Origin: the human T2T-CHM13v2.0 reference genome, Homo sapiens
Reading direction: 5' to 3' (one strand)
DNA length: 64,000 bases
Assembly (NCBI RefSeq): GCF_009914755.1
Contig: NC_060926.1
The translations under genes were made by a program, and so were the position numbers. Numbering within the stretch: position 1 is the first letter of the stretch; each line of letters starts with the position of its first letter. Below, in pieces: positions 24,542 to 40,285 of the stretch. The notes under the pieces are model-generated. The model did no database searches. It was not told the origin of the DNA and saw only the letters and a program-made list of their open reading frames with translations.

Positions 24542-26054
24542 ACCTTCATTTCAAATGTGAAAAGGGAGAAATAAAAGTCATCAACTCAACATTATTTACA
24601 AATCATTCCTTAGAGACTGACACTCTTGTGAATGCTTCTGCTACACTCGATGCTCATTCCCTTTGCAATACACCCTGAGCCTCAAAAGAAAGGGAAATTT
24701 ACACTCATTCACATAACACATGCATAACACCAACCCTCCAAACACAAAACACATGAACGCACACCTGTACAGCATGATGTTTCTACCAAGTGCCCTTGCT
24801 CTGGCCAACCTAGAGTATGTAAGAAGGCCTAGATAGAATAGAATAAAATATTTTTAGCTCTCTTCTCTTACACTGTGACTTTTATGGGACTGAGTAAAGT
24901 TGGCTGGTATGGGGTTGGGGCACTAATCCAAAGGCTCTGCAGGACTTCAGATTGGGCAGGACACATGCTGAGCATCCCTGCTCCCTGGACCACCTCCTGG
25001 TAAATGACATCATTGTTATCATCCTGATTCCCCTCCAGCTTTGTACTCAATGCCAGGTGCCCATGCAGTACTGCCCTTTGAGAGAAATAAGGAGTATGAC
25101 TACCAACAAAAAACCCTTAAAAGTATTTAATAAAAAAACTCTTCCTTTGAGGAGAAAGAATAAAAGATGCAAAGAGCTTTGAAATGGATCTTTCCCAGGT
25201 TTTTACAGAATCTTTGGGTCGGCTGCATGCGGCCTATTCCCCACTGTTTCTTAGTATACGATAACAGGCAGTTATGGTGCCATTTATAGAGAAAATCTTG
25301 TAAATTCTGGTTGCTAGCCTTCTTTTGTTTCATTCTCTCCTCAAAAATGTTTGCCTTTGCAGGCTTCCTTTAACTCTAATGACATCATCTATTCATGGGA
25401 AAGTGTGCTGGAAAGTACAAAGCATTTAAACTCCAGACTGCTGCTTGCTAAAGTGAGGTTAAGATAAGGTCCTGTGGAAAGCCATTTGAGTGATTAGGGC
25501 TGTCCCGTGCTGCCCGTCTGGCAGTGTCCCTGGTTAGCTTTGCCTCTTGGCCTGACTGCAGATCTGAGGGTCCATTCAGCAGTACTGAACTTTTTTGGTA
25601 GTAAAGAAACGTGTTGCTTATTAGAGTATGTGAAAACAAAATATACTTGCCCTTTAGTAGCCTCTTGGGGAAACTGACACCATAGCCACTGGGAAATACT
25701 GGCTTAGGGTAAAGTCACTCTGTTTTCTTTTCCATTTAAGCTGATGTGAAATGTAGCCATCCAATTAAATATGTATGCACACTGTCACAATGGCACCTCT
25801 TGACACTGGCTATCTGACTTGAAATGTCAATGTTGAGAGGAGAAAGCTCATGGTCAGTGAAACTGCAGGAAACAGAAGCACATTTGGATATGTCCACCTC
25901 ACTAGAATTCCTACCATAGGGAAAAATGAAGATAGGCTGAAAATTTACTTAGTTTTTCAGTTTTCAATTGCTGCAATGTAGCTAAGGTAAATAACCCAGG
26001 AGGCCTAACTTGTTTATCAGTGCATTGAAATAGAAAGTAAAGGAGATCCAACAT

Positions 26055-26280
26055 TTTTAAGGGTCTACTATATGCGAGGCTCTGTGTTGGGTACTTTATA
26101 AATTCTCTCTCATGTAATCCTCACTACAACTCTGTGAGATGGATTTTCATGTTCCTATTATTCTGGCTTAGAGGAGTTAAGCAATTTGCCTCTGGGGATG
26201 TCATACATCTAGTAAGTAGAGGAGGGAGGGTTGGGTTTGAACACAGGTCTACCTGCCTCTCTAAAGCTCATGTTCTTTTA
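26055..26280. mobile_element. MIR
   Basis: tactatatgcgaggctctgtgttgggtacttt...taatcctcactacaactctgtgagat...ggtttgaacacaggtct. Confidence 0.7.
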
Positions 26281-26864
26281 TAACCCCTCAGCACGTAGTC
26301 ATTGTGCTAAGACTTTGCATAACTTCTCTGAGACAGAGGCTGTTAACTGTCAATCTATCTGTGAGCTTTGCACTGAGAACAACACATCTATTTGAAGTAG
26401 GATGGGATGAGAAGAAATGATGGAATTAATCTGATTCCCTGCTGTCCTTCAAGGGAGCTCAGAATTCAGAATGACTGGGTACAGTTTCCCAAGGGGAACA
26501 TGGTTGTGATGAGTGGGCATTTTTGTGTTCGCTCCTGACCACCTCTCTGCTGTTAAGAGTAGACTGAGTGTGTTTACTGGTTGGTGAGACCTTGGAATAT
26601 TAACCTCTATGGTTCCCACTCCTACTTCTGCTCAGAGATCTAGAACACTGGAATGTAATTTCCAAAGCTGCCAGTAAGCCTGGGCAGAACATGACTGCTA
26701 GGAGGGTGTCCTCAACATGCCCTTCCTGGGCCCCACTGACCGGCACCTGGGTAGCTGTGTATCACAGCTGTGTTTGGTCTAGCTCGGGAAGACCAAATCT
26801 CTCTTTGTGTTCAGATTCATTAGTGGCACATGGCTGTGCTGATGAGGATTATCTTGGTATTCTA

Positions 26865-26892
26865 TTTTTTTTTTTTTTTTTTTTTTTTTTTT
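26865..26892 (+). repeat. T28 homopolymer
   Basis: Seen directly. Confidence 0.9.
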
Positions 26893-29017
26893 GCCAGCTG
26901 GGTCAGAACTGAACATCTTTCAGTTGTCTTAGTGATTAAATTTTTACATACAGGAAATGCTAATAGTTTACAGGTATAGAACTGGATCTTGATTCATTTC
27001 TGAATTTTTTTGAAAGCATGGACTCCATTAGGTGTTTTTCATGCCAAACAGAATAATAGTTCCTGACCTTGAAGAGTTTAAATGTAATCTTACTGTTGCA
27101 TGCCTTAAAAGTAAAAAATAATAAAATTGAGGTAAAGAGAGAAATTTAAAAATTTCTTAAAACGTTTGTAAGGCATATGGAAAAGAGCATATGCAATACT
27201 TTAAAAATAAGTCCAAGATGGCACGATAGAGTAGCTAAGTACCAGATTATAAAAACGAGAGATAACATGGATTCCACAGTTTACCATCCCTACAAACTTT
27301 GGCTAAATATGGACAAGTCATTTATTCTCTATGAGTTTTAGTTTCTTCATGTAACATGAGGATACTTGTATTCACTCTCCTTTAAGCTATTAAGTGATTT
27401 TAGACAGGGCCACTGGAGTTACATCCAGGCATATTGTACCCTATACAGCTCCAGGAGGGTCACTCAGATTATGGGGCCTCTTGGAGTATGTAGCATACAA
27501 CCTGCACAACCATACAAGTTACTTGATGGTCCACCGAGAAGTAAAGCAACAGGACCCAGTAAATTGTAAAGTACTTGCTGTTTAAGTATTCTACAGAATA
27601 TCTTAGTTTTGAGAGTTATTAGAAGCCAGAAAATTAAAAACTGAAAAACATAAGCTATCAATAGCTAACTGTTTTTCTCAGTTACTAAAAATAATATAAT
27701 GTTTTGTAGCACAGTGCTGAACAAACAGAAAAAAATATCATTTTCAGGGGGAGGATCTAAGCGTCAAAAAAAATAAAGGTTGAAAGGAGGCAAAATCAGT
27801 TCACATCACTTAATGACATAACCTAAGTAAGATAATAGATAAAGTATATACAGTGCTTATGCCTAGATATAGTGGAGCTTTGTGGTAAATTTTAAAAATG
27901 TTCCTTCTCTGCTCAAAACTTTTCCCATTTATTCTCATTTTCTGGTGTTTTCTATTCCTTTTGACATTTTTTTAGAGTTGATCTCAGTGTAAATAATGAT
28001 AATAGTTTCCTGTATTTTATACCAATTTTCAGTTGATACATTCTCTGAGATCCATGCTGTTACTTAATCTTCTTGAAAAGTTTGTTTGAATTGCCATGTA
28101 TCATTAGGCTGATTTTACAGGCCCAGAGAGTCAAGAAATTGGTTAAAGCCATGCAGTAAGTAAGGGTTAGAAGTCCAGGTTCCTGAATTCAGCTCTAAAG
28201 CTCTTGTCCCTCTACCCTCTTGGTGCACAGTCGTTAACACCACGCTAAGAGAACATGGTGAACAACCAGGGTAACCAGTTTTATATATCAAGTTCTTTCT
28301 ATGGAATTCAGAAGTCGAAAAGTGTTGCAATTTAAAAATGACATAAATTTTCCCCAACATAAGGTTTTATTTTATTAAAAAGGTTCTATATACAAAATTG
28401 GGGGGGGGGTGGAAACCAAAACCATCTATTTCCTTCTCCTTCAGCCTTAAAATCCTTAGAGGGAAATAATTCATGTTTGACAGAATCCAAGGGATAAAAG
28501 AATATTCGAAACATAGGAAGGACACAGAAAATCATACAATGCCAGAAACTAAAGGACAGCCTATCATACCCAATTTTTAAGCTTTTCTGGCCCAGTAGCA
28601 ACCAGCTGGTAGCAGGAACTAGTGGGAGAAGTCAGCAAGCATCAGGCACAACCCCCACCAAGACGCGCAGAGAAAGATGAAGGCAAGACTTAATGGGGCA
28701 AAAATCCCCCCCCCCCACCGACTCATCAGTATCTCAGAGTTCTCCCTGCAGTTAAAGGAGGATGCTTACTTCTATTTATTTGAATCCAATAGGAACAAGA
28801 GATGAAAGGAAAGTCCATATTTTGAATCTGGGATATAAGCTGGAATGTCCTGGCCCAATATACCCAAGGCTTATCCAAGTAAATAACTGTAAGCTAAAAG
28901 AATGTCCAATGACTAGGTGGCCCTTAGTCCAAAAAAAGGCTGGGCTCCAAATGCTCCTTCTTAATTTTTTCCCTTTATTTTGAACCTGTTTTTCCATAGA
29001 AATAATGTGATACATAA

Positions 29018-29399
<382 letters not shown>

Positions 29400-29799
29400 T
29401 AAAGTTTTAAAAGTACTGGCCTGAGGTCTGGGTCTTGCGAGAAGGGATCATAGAAGAGAAAAGAATGAAGAAAATACCAAAAAAATACCTTGCTCCTCAT
29501 CACAGTTCCCACCATAGCCAAAATTATGAAAGAGGAAAAATGTTTGTTCTGAGGTCCTCAGTGCTTTTAACTTTTGTCCCTTCTTACTACAATAACCGTC
29601 TCAGATATGTCCTATTCAAGAATAAGCAACACTAAAAATCATCTACTTACCTCCCTCAATAATTTCAATTCTTAACTGTCGCTAGAAGTTATTAGGAAGA
29701 AAGCAATCTGATTGAACCAACTTGTACTAATGTGTAAATGACTGATTTGTACATGTATTTACATATACAACCCAAAGACAAACACACAGATACACAATT

Positions 29800-31140
<1,341 letters not shown>

Positions 31141-33039
31141 AAGAGGCTACTTGGGAAGCCTCTTTCTCCAGAGAAGTAAGTCTGAAAAATGGTGATTTGG
31201 GAAGAGGAGGCCCTTTCTCTATTCACAGGCACGGGTCTTCAAGCTCTTGCCAAAACACCTAACATTGAGGGTAAGTGAAGACCTTTATGAATCCTTCTCT
31301 GCCAGTAGAGTATGAGCATTTGCTACCAGCTGGTGCAAGGAAGAAGCTTTGTCTCACTTGAAAATGTATAAGCTTTTCCCCATACATTTTGAATAGTATG
31401 GTAAAAACACTTTTGATGAGATATATAGATATTAATTCCTTCCTTGAGGCAGGAGGACTAACGGGAAAGTTTTCAATGTCCGTCTGGCCTTTAGAATCTA
31501 AGAATCCCAAAGTCTAACCTAGAAAGAAGCAGCAGAATATCAGACACTAGGAAAGAGCCCTTCTGTTTCAGGAAAAGTGCCAAAACATGGGCCTAGAGAA
31601 AACGCTGGGCCCCAGGACTGCTGCTGACTAAATAGTAGGCTATAAATGAAGGGAATTATTTTTCTTTATTCTTCTGCCTGTAGCAACTGGGCTTTGTCAC
31701 CTAGAAACAATAGCATCATTTTTCTTAGGAGTCAGGATATATAATAAAACATTGCTCTGAATCAGCAGGGTCAAAAAATAAAGTCAGAAATGTGATGTTC
31801 ATCCAACAGCCTGTTCAATTTTCAGTTTTTGGAAAAAATGTCTTTATATAGATATGATTGTCTGAGATTACCTCTGAATATATTGTTTGGGGAGCTTGCT
31901 GCACAGTTAATATTGCAGCAAATTATGGAATTCTCTCAATAACAGCACAAAGAAATCTGCGTCCCGATGGAAAGCATTTATGGCAGTGTAGGGAAACTGT
32001 TTCAACAACAAATGATTCTGTTGTATTTTCCCCAAACAGATTTTCTTACCTCTTGATGTCTCCACCTGGCTTCTGAGTTAGTTTTAAGTGGCAGAACAAG
32101 TGACTCCTCTAAACATGAAGGTTTGCTGTAATCCATAATTCATATTATAGGGAAAAATTTTAATTATAAGGCTGCCACAATTTTCAAGAGTTTCTTAAAA
32201 CAAGAGACACACAGAGGCCTTTTGGAAGACTGACATTTAGAAAAAGCCAGCTTGAGGGTATATTGGATAAGAGGTATTGGGGAGTAAAAACACTTTCAGG
32301 AACAAGGATTTCAGATAGGAAAAGCATTTTTTAAATCCTTTTGAAAACAAGAGATGTATTTGGTTGGATAAACTGCTGATTTTGGACAATTGTTATAAGA
32401 GACCTAATTTTTGCCTTTATGATCATTATTTGCACATATTCTCCTCAGAGACTAAACCCATGACCAACAGCGTGTGCTAACTTGGACACAATGTGATTCA
32501 GTGACTTAAACCATAGGAAAAGTGGACTCCAACATATTTTCCTATAATTACCTCAGATAGAAGCAACGGACAACCACAATGTTGATTCCTTTGGTTTTAT
32601 ATATAGTCTCTAATCAAAACACCTTAAGAATATTTTAAGTTTTTCCTTCTGCTTGGTAAATTTCTGGTAACTCTGGAAAAAGATGCAAAGAAAAGGACCA
32701 ATATGGAACTGCTGGAACGTAGTTGGGATTGAGAGGGAGTCTGCTCTTCTGTAAGGATCGATGGTCAACTGAACGACTTCAAACAGCCCTGCTTGCTAAG
32801 GTGAAAGTAAGAGAACCCTCTAGGTCTCCTAGCTCCTCCATTCCCTTAATTGGTTACCAGAAGCATGTGGAGTCTTTAATCAGAACCCCCAGGCAGGCAG
32901 TCAGTTGCATAACACCATGCCTTATGGCTGACCAGTATAAATCTGGATACTTCATCCATGGTTAATGAATGAAGTGTCCAGATTTATACTGTTCAGATCA
33001 TCCTAACTTATTCAATATAAAAATCACCAGAAATACAAT

Positions 33040-33210
33040 TTTATTAAATTTTTTCTATGTCCCAGGTGCTTTACTAGATGCATAATTTGCAGGTATTTTT
33101 TTCCAATCTTGACCATAATTCTGCATGTTAAGTATGATTATCCCTATTTTTTAAATGAAGAAACTGAGGCTCAGAGAGGTGAAGTAACTTGGCCACAGTC
33201 ACTGGACGAT
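33040..33210. mobile_element. MIR
   Basis: Core attatccctattttttaaatgaagaaactgaggctcagagaggtgaagtaacttggccacagtcac. Confidence 0.8.
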
Positions 33211-33569
33211 AAATAGCTTCCTGAAGAAGAATAACTGGTGAATTTGAGTAGAAAGAAATACATGATTTAAACTGTAGTTGTTTTCAGACTCAAACCAAAA
33301 GTCAGGCTTGACAACTATGGCAAACTTTAGTAGAAAACAAAGTGACTATCTCAGGACTGTGGGAAATATGGAAAGTGGACAGTGAATAGCACCATTAGCA
33401 CAGCTGTATTTGCTTCTAGTCCTGCCTTTTCCCAAGTCTACTGTAATGCTTGTCCTTGGCTTGGTATTTGGTTAAGAACGTGGGTATTGTTGCTCAAAGT
33501 AAAGGCTATATATCTGTCAAGATGCTAATTAGTGCTGGAGACTAGATCCAGAGTTTCAGTTACAATAAG

Positions 33570-33730
33570 CTCTGGTGTGTACCAGAGTCACTTGTGAGCT
33601 TTACAACCCACATTCCTGGGCCCTGTCACTCCTAGATCTTCCAGAGGTTGTTGATGGTTCTTAGGGATTTGTATTTCTTAACAAGCTCTCAGGTAATTCT
33701 GATCCCCACCAAAGTTTGAAAATTATTGCT
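33570..33730 (+). mobile_element. MER5A-like hAT relic
   Basis: attcctgggccc...tttgtatttcttaacaagctctcaggtaattctgat...aaagtttgaaaattattg. Confidence 0.65.
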
Positions 33731-34404
33731 ATCAATGTTGTTTGGGAAGATGATGTCTTACTCAGAAATATGAGTAAACATAATAAAGTATAGTTGCAGG
33801 TCAGACAAAAAATTCAGCTTGTAAGGAATGCATGAAGGGATGTTCATGAAATATACATTTGGCCTGTCCACTTTTGTCAGGATTACTTTTTTCCTGTCTT
33901 GATCAATGCCTACTTTCTCTTTTGTCTCATTAATATTTGGGTCAAGAGAATATTTTATCAGGTCTCCAGTAAGTACGTTTTCCTAGTTACCTAAATGAAT
34001 ACAGTTTCATAGAGATCATTAAAATGTACCAAGTATATAAAAGACAGAAATTTGGTTCTTAAAGCTGACTCTATATTTTTGTTTTGTCTTTTCAAAAGTG
34101 CTCATTGCAATGGGAAGCTGATCTGAAAATCTATCCATCAAACCAATCTGGTCTCTTACAGGCCGTGGAGACCCTCTGGGGATCTGGGATGCTTTCCTGT
34201 CATTGCAATGACACTGACCGGCTTTTGAACCTTGAGAAGGGCCATGACAATGTTCCGGCAGTAACATTTATTTATACCTCAGGGCTCTCGTCTTTCATAG
34301 GTCTTGGTTTGTTATCACAGCCCTTGAAATTGTAGGAAAGAAAGTGTCAAGAAGGCAAATGAACTTCTGCTACTGGGGGAATTATACATGAATGTAATTT
34401 GTAC

Positions 34405-34680
34405 CTGGCACTGATGTTCCAAGTGCGACGAACACGACTGCAGTCACAGAATCTTTCAGGCCAATGGTGCAGCCAAAGTGGGAAGCCAGGTCTCCAATGA
34501 AAGCTGTCAGTAGGCCAATCATGAGGATGGAGACAATGAAACACGCCCAGCCATTCCAGTATTCAGTAGGGGGGACGAAGGCAAACAGGACCTTCCAGAA
34601 CACAGTCAGAAAGTGCATCACGTAATCGAAACAGGAGGGCAGCTTCTCTTCCCCACATTCATCGTCGTCATCATCTTCCC
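34405..34680 (-). CDS. SLC8A1: SLC8A1/NCX1 penultimate coding exon (G)EDDDDDECGEEKLPSCFDYVMHF...VALGTSVP(D): palmitoylated Cys plus amphipathic helix, TM helices, first half of the alpha-2 repeat
   Basis: Inside ORF 34382..34705(-). Acceptor ...ccattctctctag|GG, donor CAG|gtacaa. 276 nt, phase 1 at both ends. Confidence 0.98.
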
Positions 34681-35478
34681 CTAGAGAGAATGGAAGGAAG
34701 CACATTTCATCACAACCTGTGTTGCCGGGTCTTCCTCTCTCTCAATCTCTCCTATCTAGGTCGGTCATCCCTCCACTCTGTGACAGGAGGCCATGAGAGG
34801 TGGGTGAAGTTTAGGGTTTTCCAAGAGTTAATCATAACTAATGAATTAGTTATCAAGACACTGAAATGCCTCTTACCTGTGGCTCATTGGTCAATGGCAA
34901 AAACTTAACCCCTACCCAGTTCTGCATCCATGCAATCAACACACCCTTTCTACTTTCACATCTGGTAAGACTTGTCACTTCAGAGAAATGAAAATGATTT
35001 ATTCCAAAAGGCTGGCAAGCCCTGTGTCAGCCTGAGAAATAACCCTCTTTTGAAGAAAGAAAACTATAGATGGAGTTCTACTAGGGTTCTTTTCTTGCAA
35101 CTTGAAGTCCAACTCTGGGTTATATAATCACCTACAGGATAATGTTCACACAGGGCCGTTAATCATGGCTCTGAGCCTTGCATATTTCTCCAGCGTCATC
35201 TCCTGCAACTATTTCAAACTCAAGCCTTGGAATTACTTGCCAAATAATTATATGCCAAAAAATGAAATTTATTTGCATTTTTCCAAACCAGATACACTTT
35301 CTCCTACTTTTGTTCTTTAGAACTAAATGTGCTTGGCATATCCTAATCGCTCCACCCTTATCCTTCCTCACCCATCCTTTAAGACTCGCTTCCTCTGTGA
35401 TGCACTCTCTGACCTCCCCCCAAACCCATGCTGGGAACTCCTTCTCAGAGGAGCTTCCCAACACTTGTAACTCTGGAT

Positions 35479-35643
35479 CAGTGGTTCTCACAATGTGCTT
35501 CCTGAGCAGGTGGCACAGAGAACTTATTAGAAATTCAAATGATCAGTCCCACTGAATCAGAAATTGGGGAGGGGGTGGACAGCAAGCTGGGCTTGAACAA
35601 GCCCTCCATGTAATACTGATGCATGGTCAAGTTTGAGAACTGC
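35479..35643 (+). mobile_element. MER5A-like hAT MITE
   Basis: TIRs cagtggttctca...tttgagaactgct, with internal actgaatcagaaa and aacaagccctcca. Confidence 0.75.
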
Positions 35644-36676
35644 TTTTCTAAATTGTACATGTTCATGTTCTCTTCTCCAGTTGACTGAGAACCCTTCCAG
35701 GGCAGGAATTCATGCATCTTTGTGTCCCTGCTGTTTGATACCATCTCCAGCATGTGAACAAAGGTGGTTAAGTATGTATTAAATGAAGGAGTGCATGCAG
35801 AAATTTCTATTGACTTTATATAACTATGCAATTACCTGATATATATATATCACAATTTTGCCAATTAAGTCATATTATCAGTGTACAAAGAAATGCACAA
35901 AGCATGCTATTTAAAGGAACCAGGAAATCAATAATAGTAATCTAAAATGGAGATTTCACTTATGTGAAAATAATGCCCATTGACATGTTTTAAAATGAGG
36001 ATATTGAATGTCAACTTTTCTTGAAGTGGTGGCAAATACATGTGTTATGTGGCCATTTTGGAAAGAAGAACATCTCCTTGAAGTCTTTGTTGACCCGTTC
36101 CAACCTTGTCATCAGGGTGCTACTTTACTTGGTCCCACTAGTGCAGCCGGCAGTAGGTGGGGCTGCAATTTTCCACCTGAACCACGTGACCTGAGATGGC
36201 CAGCATGGAGCACACATGTATGGTCTTCGTGAGACACTCTGTGGTAGGCAAGCCATTGGGTGCAGATGATGATTGAGAAGACCCTCTGAAAGCACAAGAG
36301 ATTTGAGGGAAAAACCCCTCTCAGAAAACATCTAAAGAGGAATGTCTGGATTTGTCCTCTGTCATTTTACAGGAAAAGAGAAGAGGCAATGGCCTGCTCT
36401 TTCATGAGCACATGGTTGGAATTATATGAATACACTTTGGGCGTCTGTGAAGAAAGCAGCCTCATCTTTGAGGCTTTGGATAAACTGCTGGGAGAAGCCA
36501 TTGCAGATGAGTGGAATAGCCTTTGGAGAACTCCCCAGTGAGGAGCTTGAGTCAGGTCAGCTCATCAGAATGTTTGTGAGTGAAAAAGCATTGCTGACCG
36601 TTTGCTCTGCTGTTCATGCAGTATTTATTATATCAACTTTACCTGGAAGCAGAAGATACTTTTTAATAAAAACACC

Positions 36677-37074
36677 TGGTATGGGCTGCACTGTGTCTCC
36701 CCAAAATTCATATGATAAAGCTCTGTCATCACCTCAGAGTGTGACCTTATTTGGAAATAGGGCCTTTACAAATGTAATTAAGTGAAAACAGAGCCATTAG
36801 GGTGAGTTCTAACCCAATATGACTGGTGTCCTTATAATAGGAAATTGGGATGCACAGGGAGATACCAGGGATGTGCGTGCACAGAGGAAAGACCATGTGA
36901 GTGTCCAGTGAGAAGACAGACATTTACAAGCCAAGGAGATTGGCCTCAGGAGAAATCGAACCTGCCAACACCTTGATCTCAGATTTTCAGTTCCCAGAAC
37001 TGCCAGAAAAGAAATTTCTGTTATTCAAACCACCCAGTCTGTGGTATTTATTACAGCAGCCCTAGCAAACTACA
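36677..37074 (+). mobile_element. MLT1 (MLT1B/C-like) ERVL-MaLR solo LTR
   Basis: tgtgtctccccaaaattcatatg...gtgaccttatttggaaataggg...cctgccaacaccttgatctcaga...gtctgtggtattt...gcagccctagcaaact. Confidence 0.88.
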
Positions 37075-37938
37075 GCAGCCCTTCAGAAGCCTCTCTATAT
37101 CATGACGTGGAAATGTAGGAACAATTACTCAGTGTTTCTATTACCTACTCTTTTTTGTTTGTTTCCTTATACATTTCTTCTTTTTTCTTTCTTTTACTTT
37201 CCTTACCACTTCTCTTTTACCCTACACTTTAGCTCCAGGTAGAACTCCATGTTAGAGATGCAATTCTCAGGGTTTATTTGAAGGAGGAAGGAAGAAGAAA
37301 GTCACATTAATACATTCCCATTCCCAGGCTCTCCTCTTACCCACTCCCCATTCCAGCCGGGGCTGAGAAGGGTGCATATACTCAGAAAAGTTGAGAAAAA
37401 GCACTAGGTTTTCTAGTTATATTTATTTTGGATCCTATCCTTTTTAATTTCTATATTTGTGAACATTTTATAATTTCACAGGGCATATGAATAAAATGCT
37501 TTGGAAAGCATTTTAATCAATCATTCACAGAAACATGAACTATGCTGCCTTTTCTCTACAAAATTACTTAATTTGGGGCATCTAAATCTCTTATTTTGAA
37601 GACGAACAAGAGAACAAATAATGAAGCTTCTCAGAAGAAATGCCATTTATAAATTGAGAGTAGACATTATATTTGTCTTCAAGATGGAAATAACACCTTT
37701 CCCGTGAGAGATGTACACAGGAATAATTAGATCATGTTTGTAAAGTGTCTGAGAATATTTCAAGGTAATGATTATCATGGTAGTTATCATTATTTCCCTC
37801 CATTTAAGATTGTTACTGTGTTTCTCCATCATTATTTGTTTAGTCAACATGCTAGGTCCTAAGGTTACATTATAGGTTTTTAAAAACAAAAATTAATTTT
37901 GCCCTCTGAAATTACCTTCATGATCAATTAATGCAAAA

Positions 37939-37990
37939 TGTGTGTGTGAGTGTGTGTGTGTGTGTGTGTGAGAGCGAGAGAGAGAGAGAG
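37939..37990 (+). repeat. (TG)n(AG)n compound microsatellite
   Basis: Seen directly. Confidence 0.95.
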
Positions 37991-39789
37991 AACGTGTGTT
38001 CTTTCTGTAGGCTTCCAATATCACAAAGAATCTTAAATGTTTTAATGCATAAGTCTGGAATGGGAGGCCCATCTGCTTTTATAACATTTGAAAGGAAAGT
38101 GGCCTCCCATCCTTTTCTCTGGGATCTCACTGCTCTTTATAAATTTTAATCTCCAACTCAGACATCACTTAAATATTAAAAATGACCACGGACTGCCATG
38201 CATGATGCACAATTACCCTGTCTTGGGAAAGGACAAAGAAATATCATGTTCATCCATCACCATCTGGACTACACTTAAAAGTCTGTTCTTTCTTTGTGAA
38301 GAGTAGTGAAACATTAAAAAATCCTAGGAGCATCTTTTATGTGACAGCAAAAATGATGGTAGGATGCCTGTTCTGTGGTTCTGTATGTTCACCAGCCTAG
38401 GGTTCCTGGAGGCTACATAATTCTTTCAAGTCCCTTCTCTGTGTTAGAAAAGAAAGACAGGTTGGTGGGTTTGCTTTTATAGAATCCCAAGTAAATTCCT
38501 CTTATCTCAGAATCATTCTTTTCAGCTAATGGAAAATAACCTGTATTTGATTAACCCTTCCTATTGCCTTTTAAATGGCTTCCCTGATACACACTGGACT
38601 TCTTAAATATAACTACAAAAGTAACCAAATCATTAAAAATGCAGATAGTGCACAGGGTGTCAGTTCAGCTATTGATGTAACAGTACTTGGACCGTTCCTG
38701 CTCGGAAACATGAGAGCAAGAGCATCATCAGCATGACTGACGGTGAAAGACAACCCCCTGGGCTTTGCATATATCTTTCTTTTAAAGTAAACAGGTGTTT
38801 CTTTACGTGTCTCTCTACCTGCTCAGGGCTTGAATTCAGGGAGAGCTCTGATAACCAGAAAAAGAGACTGCTGGAAGGTAATGGACACGTGGGTCAGAAG
38901 ACTTAAGCCACTTTATAGTTCTGACAGCTTGTTTTGGGGCAAGACACTTAAATTTCCCAAGCCTCAGTTGCTCACCTGTCAAATGAGTTTCCTAACTCCC
39001 ATCTCTCAGAGCTGTTGTGGGGATTGGAAGAAGAAATGCTCAAGTCCTTTATAAAACTATATGCATCTTTATAGACAAATGTGCCATATTCCATTATTGT
39101 TACTTGTCTGAAGGAAGGCAGTATATCAATACAATGTGAGTATCCTGATTTCACTGAGTATATATTCTGTTTGAATGAGCCATTATCATTCATTTCCCCA
39201 AGCTGCTTGCTTTTAAGAAAAGAAAGAAACAGGAAGGGAACCTGGTGGGGTGTCTCTTAAATGACAGGCACTAAGCTAAATTCTTTCACATACCTGATCT
39301 TATTTCATCCTTAAAATAACACTGCAAAGTGGGCATTATTAATCCCATTATACATATGAAGATCCTGAAGTTCAGAGAATTTAAGTGACTTGCTAAAATA
39401 ATCTCACACAGAATTTAAGTGACTGAGTTGGGATTTGATCTAACAGTCCAGGGAACATTTTACTATAGAAAATGCCTTATGGAAGAAAGTAGAGGAGTTC
39501 AGTATCACATATTGATTCGAAGTTTGAGTCGGAATTTTTTTAATGCCTAGTGTTATATAGATACAGTGGTACCTTTTTTTTTTTAGGAATGTGAAAATAT
39601 TGAGGTGCCATAATTAATATTTGTATTCTAATACTTTCTAGATACGATTTTTGGGTTGTTTATTTCTTTGGCAGAGCCAGCCATAAGCTCTTTCTCAGAC
39701 CCGTGGGGACCAAGAAAACATGGGAAATAAAACAATCAGGTAAAAGCAGGGGATCATGGTGTGACTGTTTTGGAACCTCTATTTTTTTC

Positions 39790-40285
39790 TATTTAAACAT
39801 TTGTTTAAAATTTTATCATATGCATTTGAGATTAGCAATGTCATGTTATAAGATATATTTAGATAGTAAAATTATTATAGGGAGGCAAATTAACATCTAT
39901 CATCTCATCTAGTTACTTTTTCCTGTGACAAGAGCAGTTGAAGTCTACTTATTTAACAAACATTTCTAATACAATTTCATTAGCTTTAGTCCCCATGTGG
40001 CCCATTCGATCTCTAAACATGTGCATCCTTCCTATCTGCTATTTTGTATCCTTTGACCTATGTCTCTCATTACCTGCCCCAACCCCTGCCCATAGTAAGA
40101 TGGTAACCACTGCTTCATTCCTATCTTGGTGTATTTGAGCTCTTTTCAAACATATATATTTTCCACATATAAGTGAGACCATGCAATATTTTTCTTTCTC
40201 TGTCTGGCTTCTTTCACTTAGCATAATGTCTTCCAGGCCCATCCATGTTGTGGCAAGTGGCAGAATCTCCTTTCTTAAGGTTGAA
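39790..40285 (-). mobile_element. Old L1M 3' fragment
   Basis: ORF 40039..40344(-) contains KEILPLATTWMGLEDIMLSERSQTEKEKYCMVSLICG, typical of the L1 ORF2 end/3'UTR. Confidence 0.85.

Noticed and set aside
33570-35643. MER5A-like copies flanking the 276-nt exon as back-splicing partners
   Set aside because: Same orientation and highly diverged. Only short TIRs could pair.
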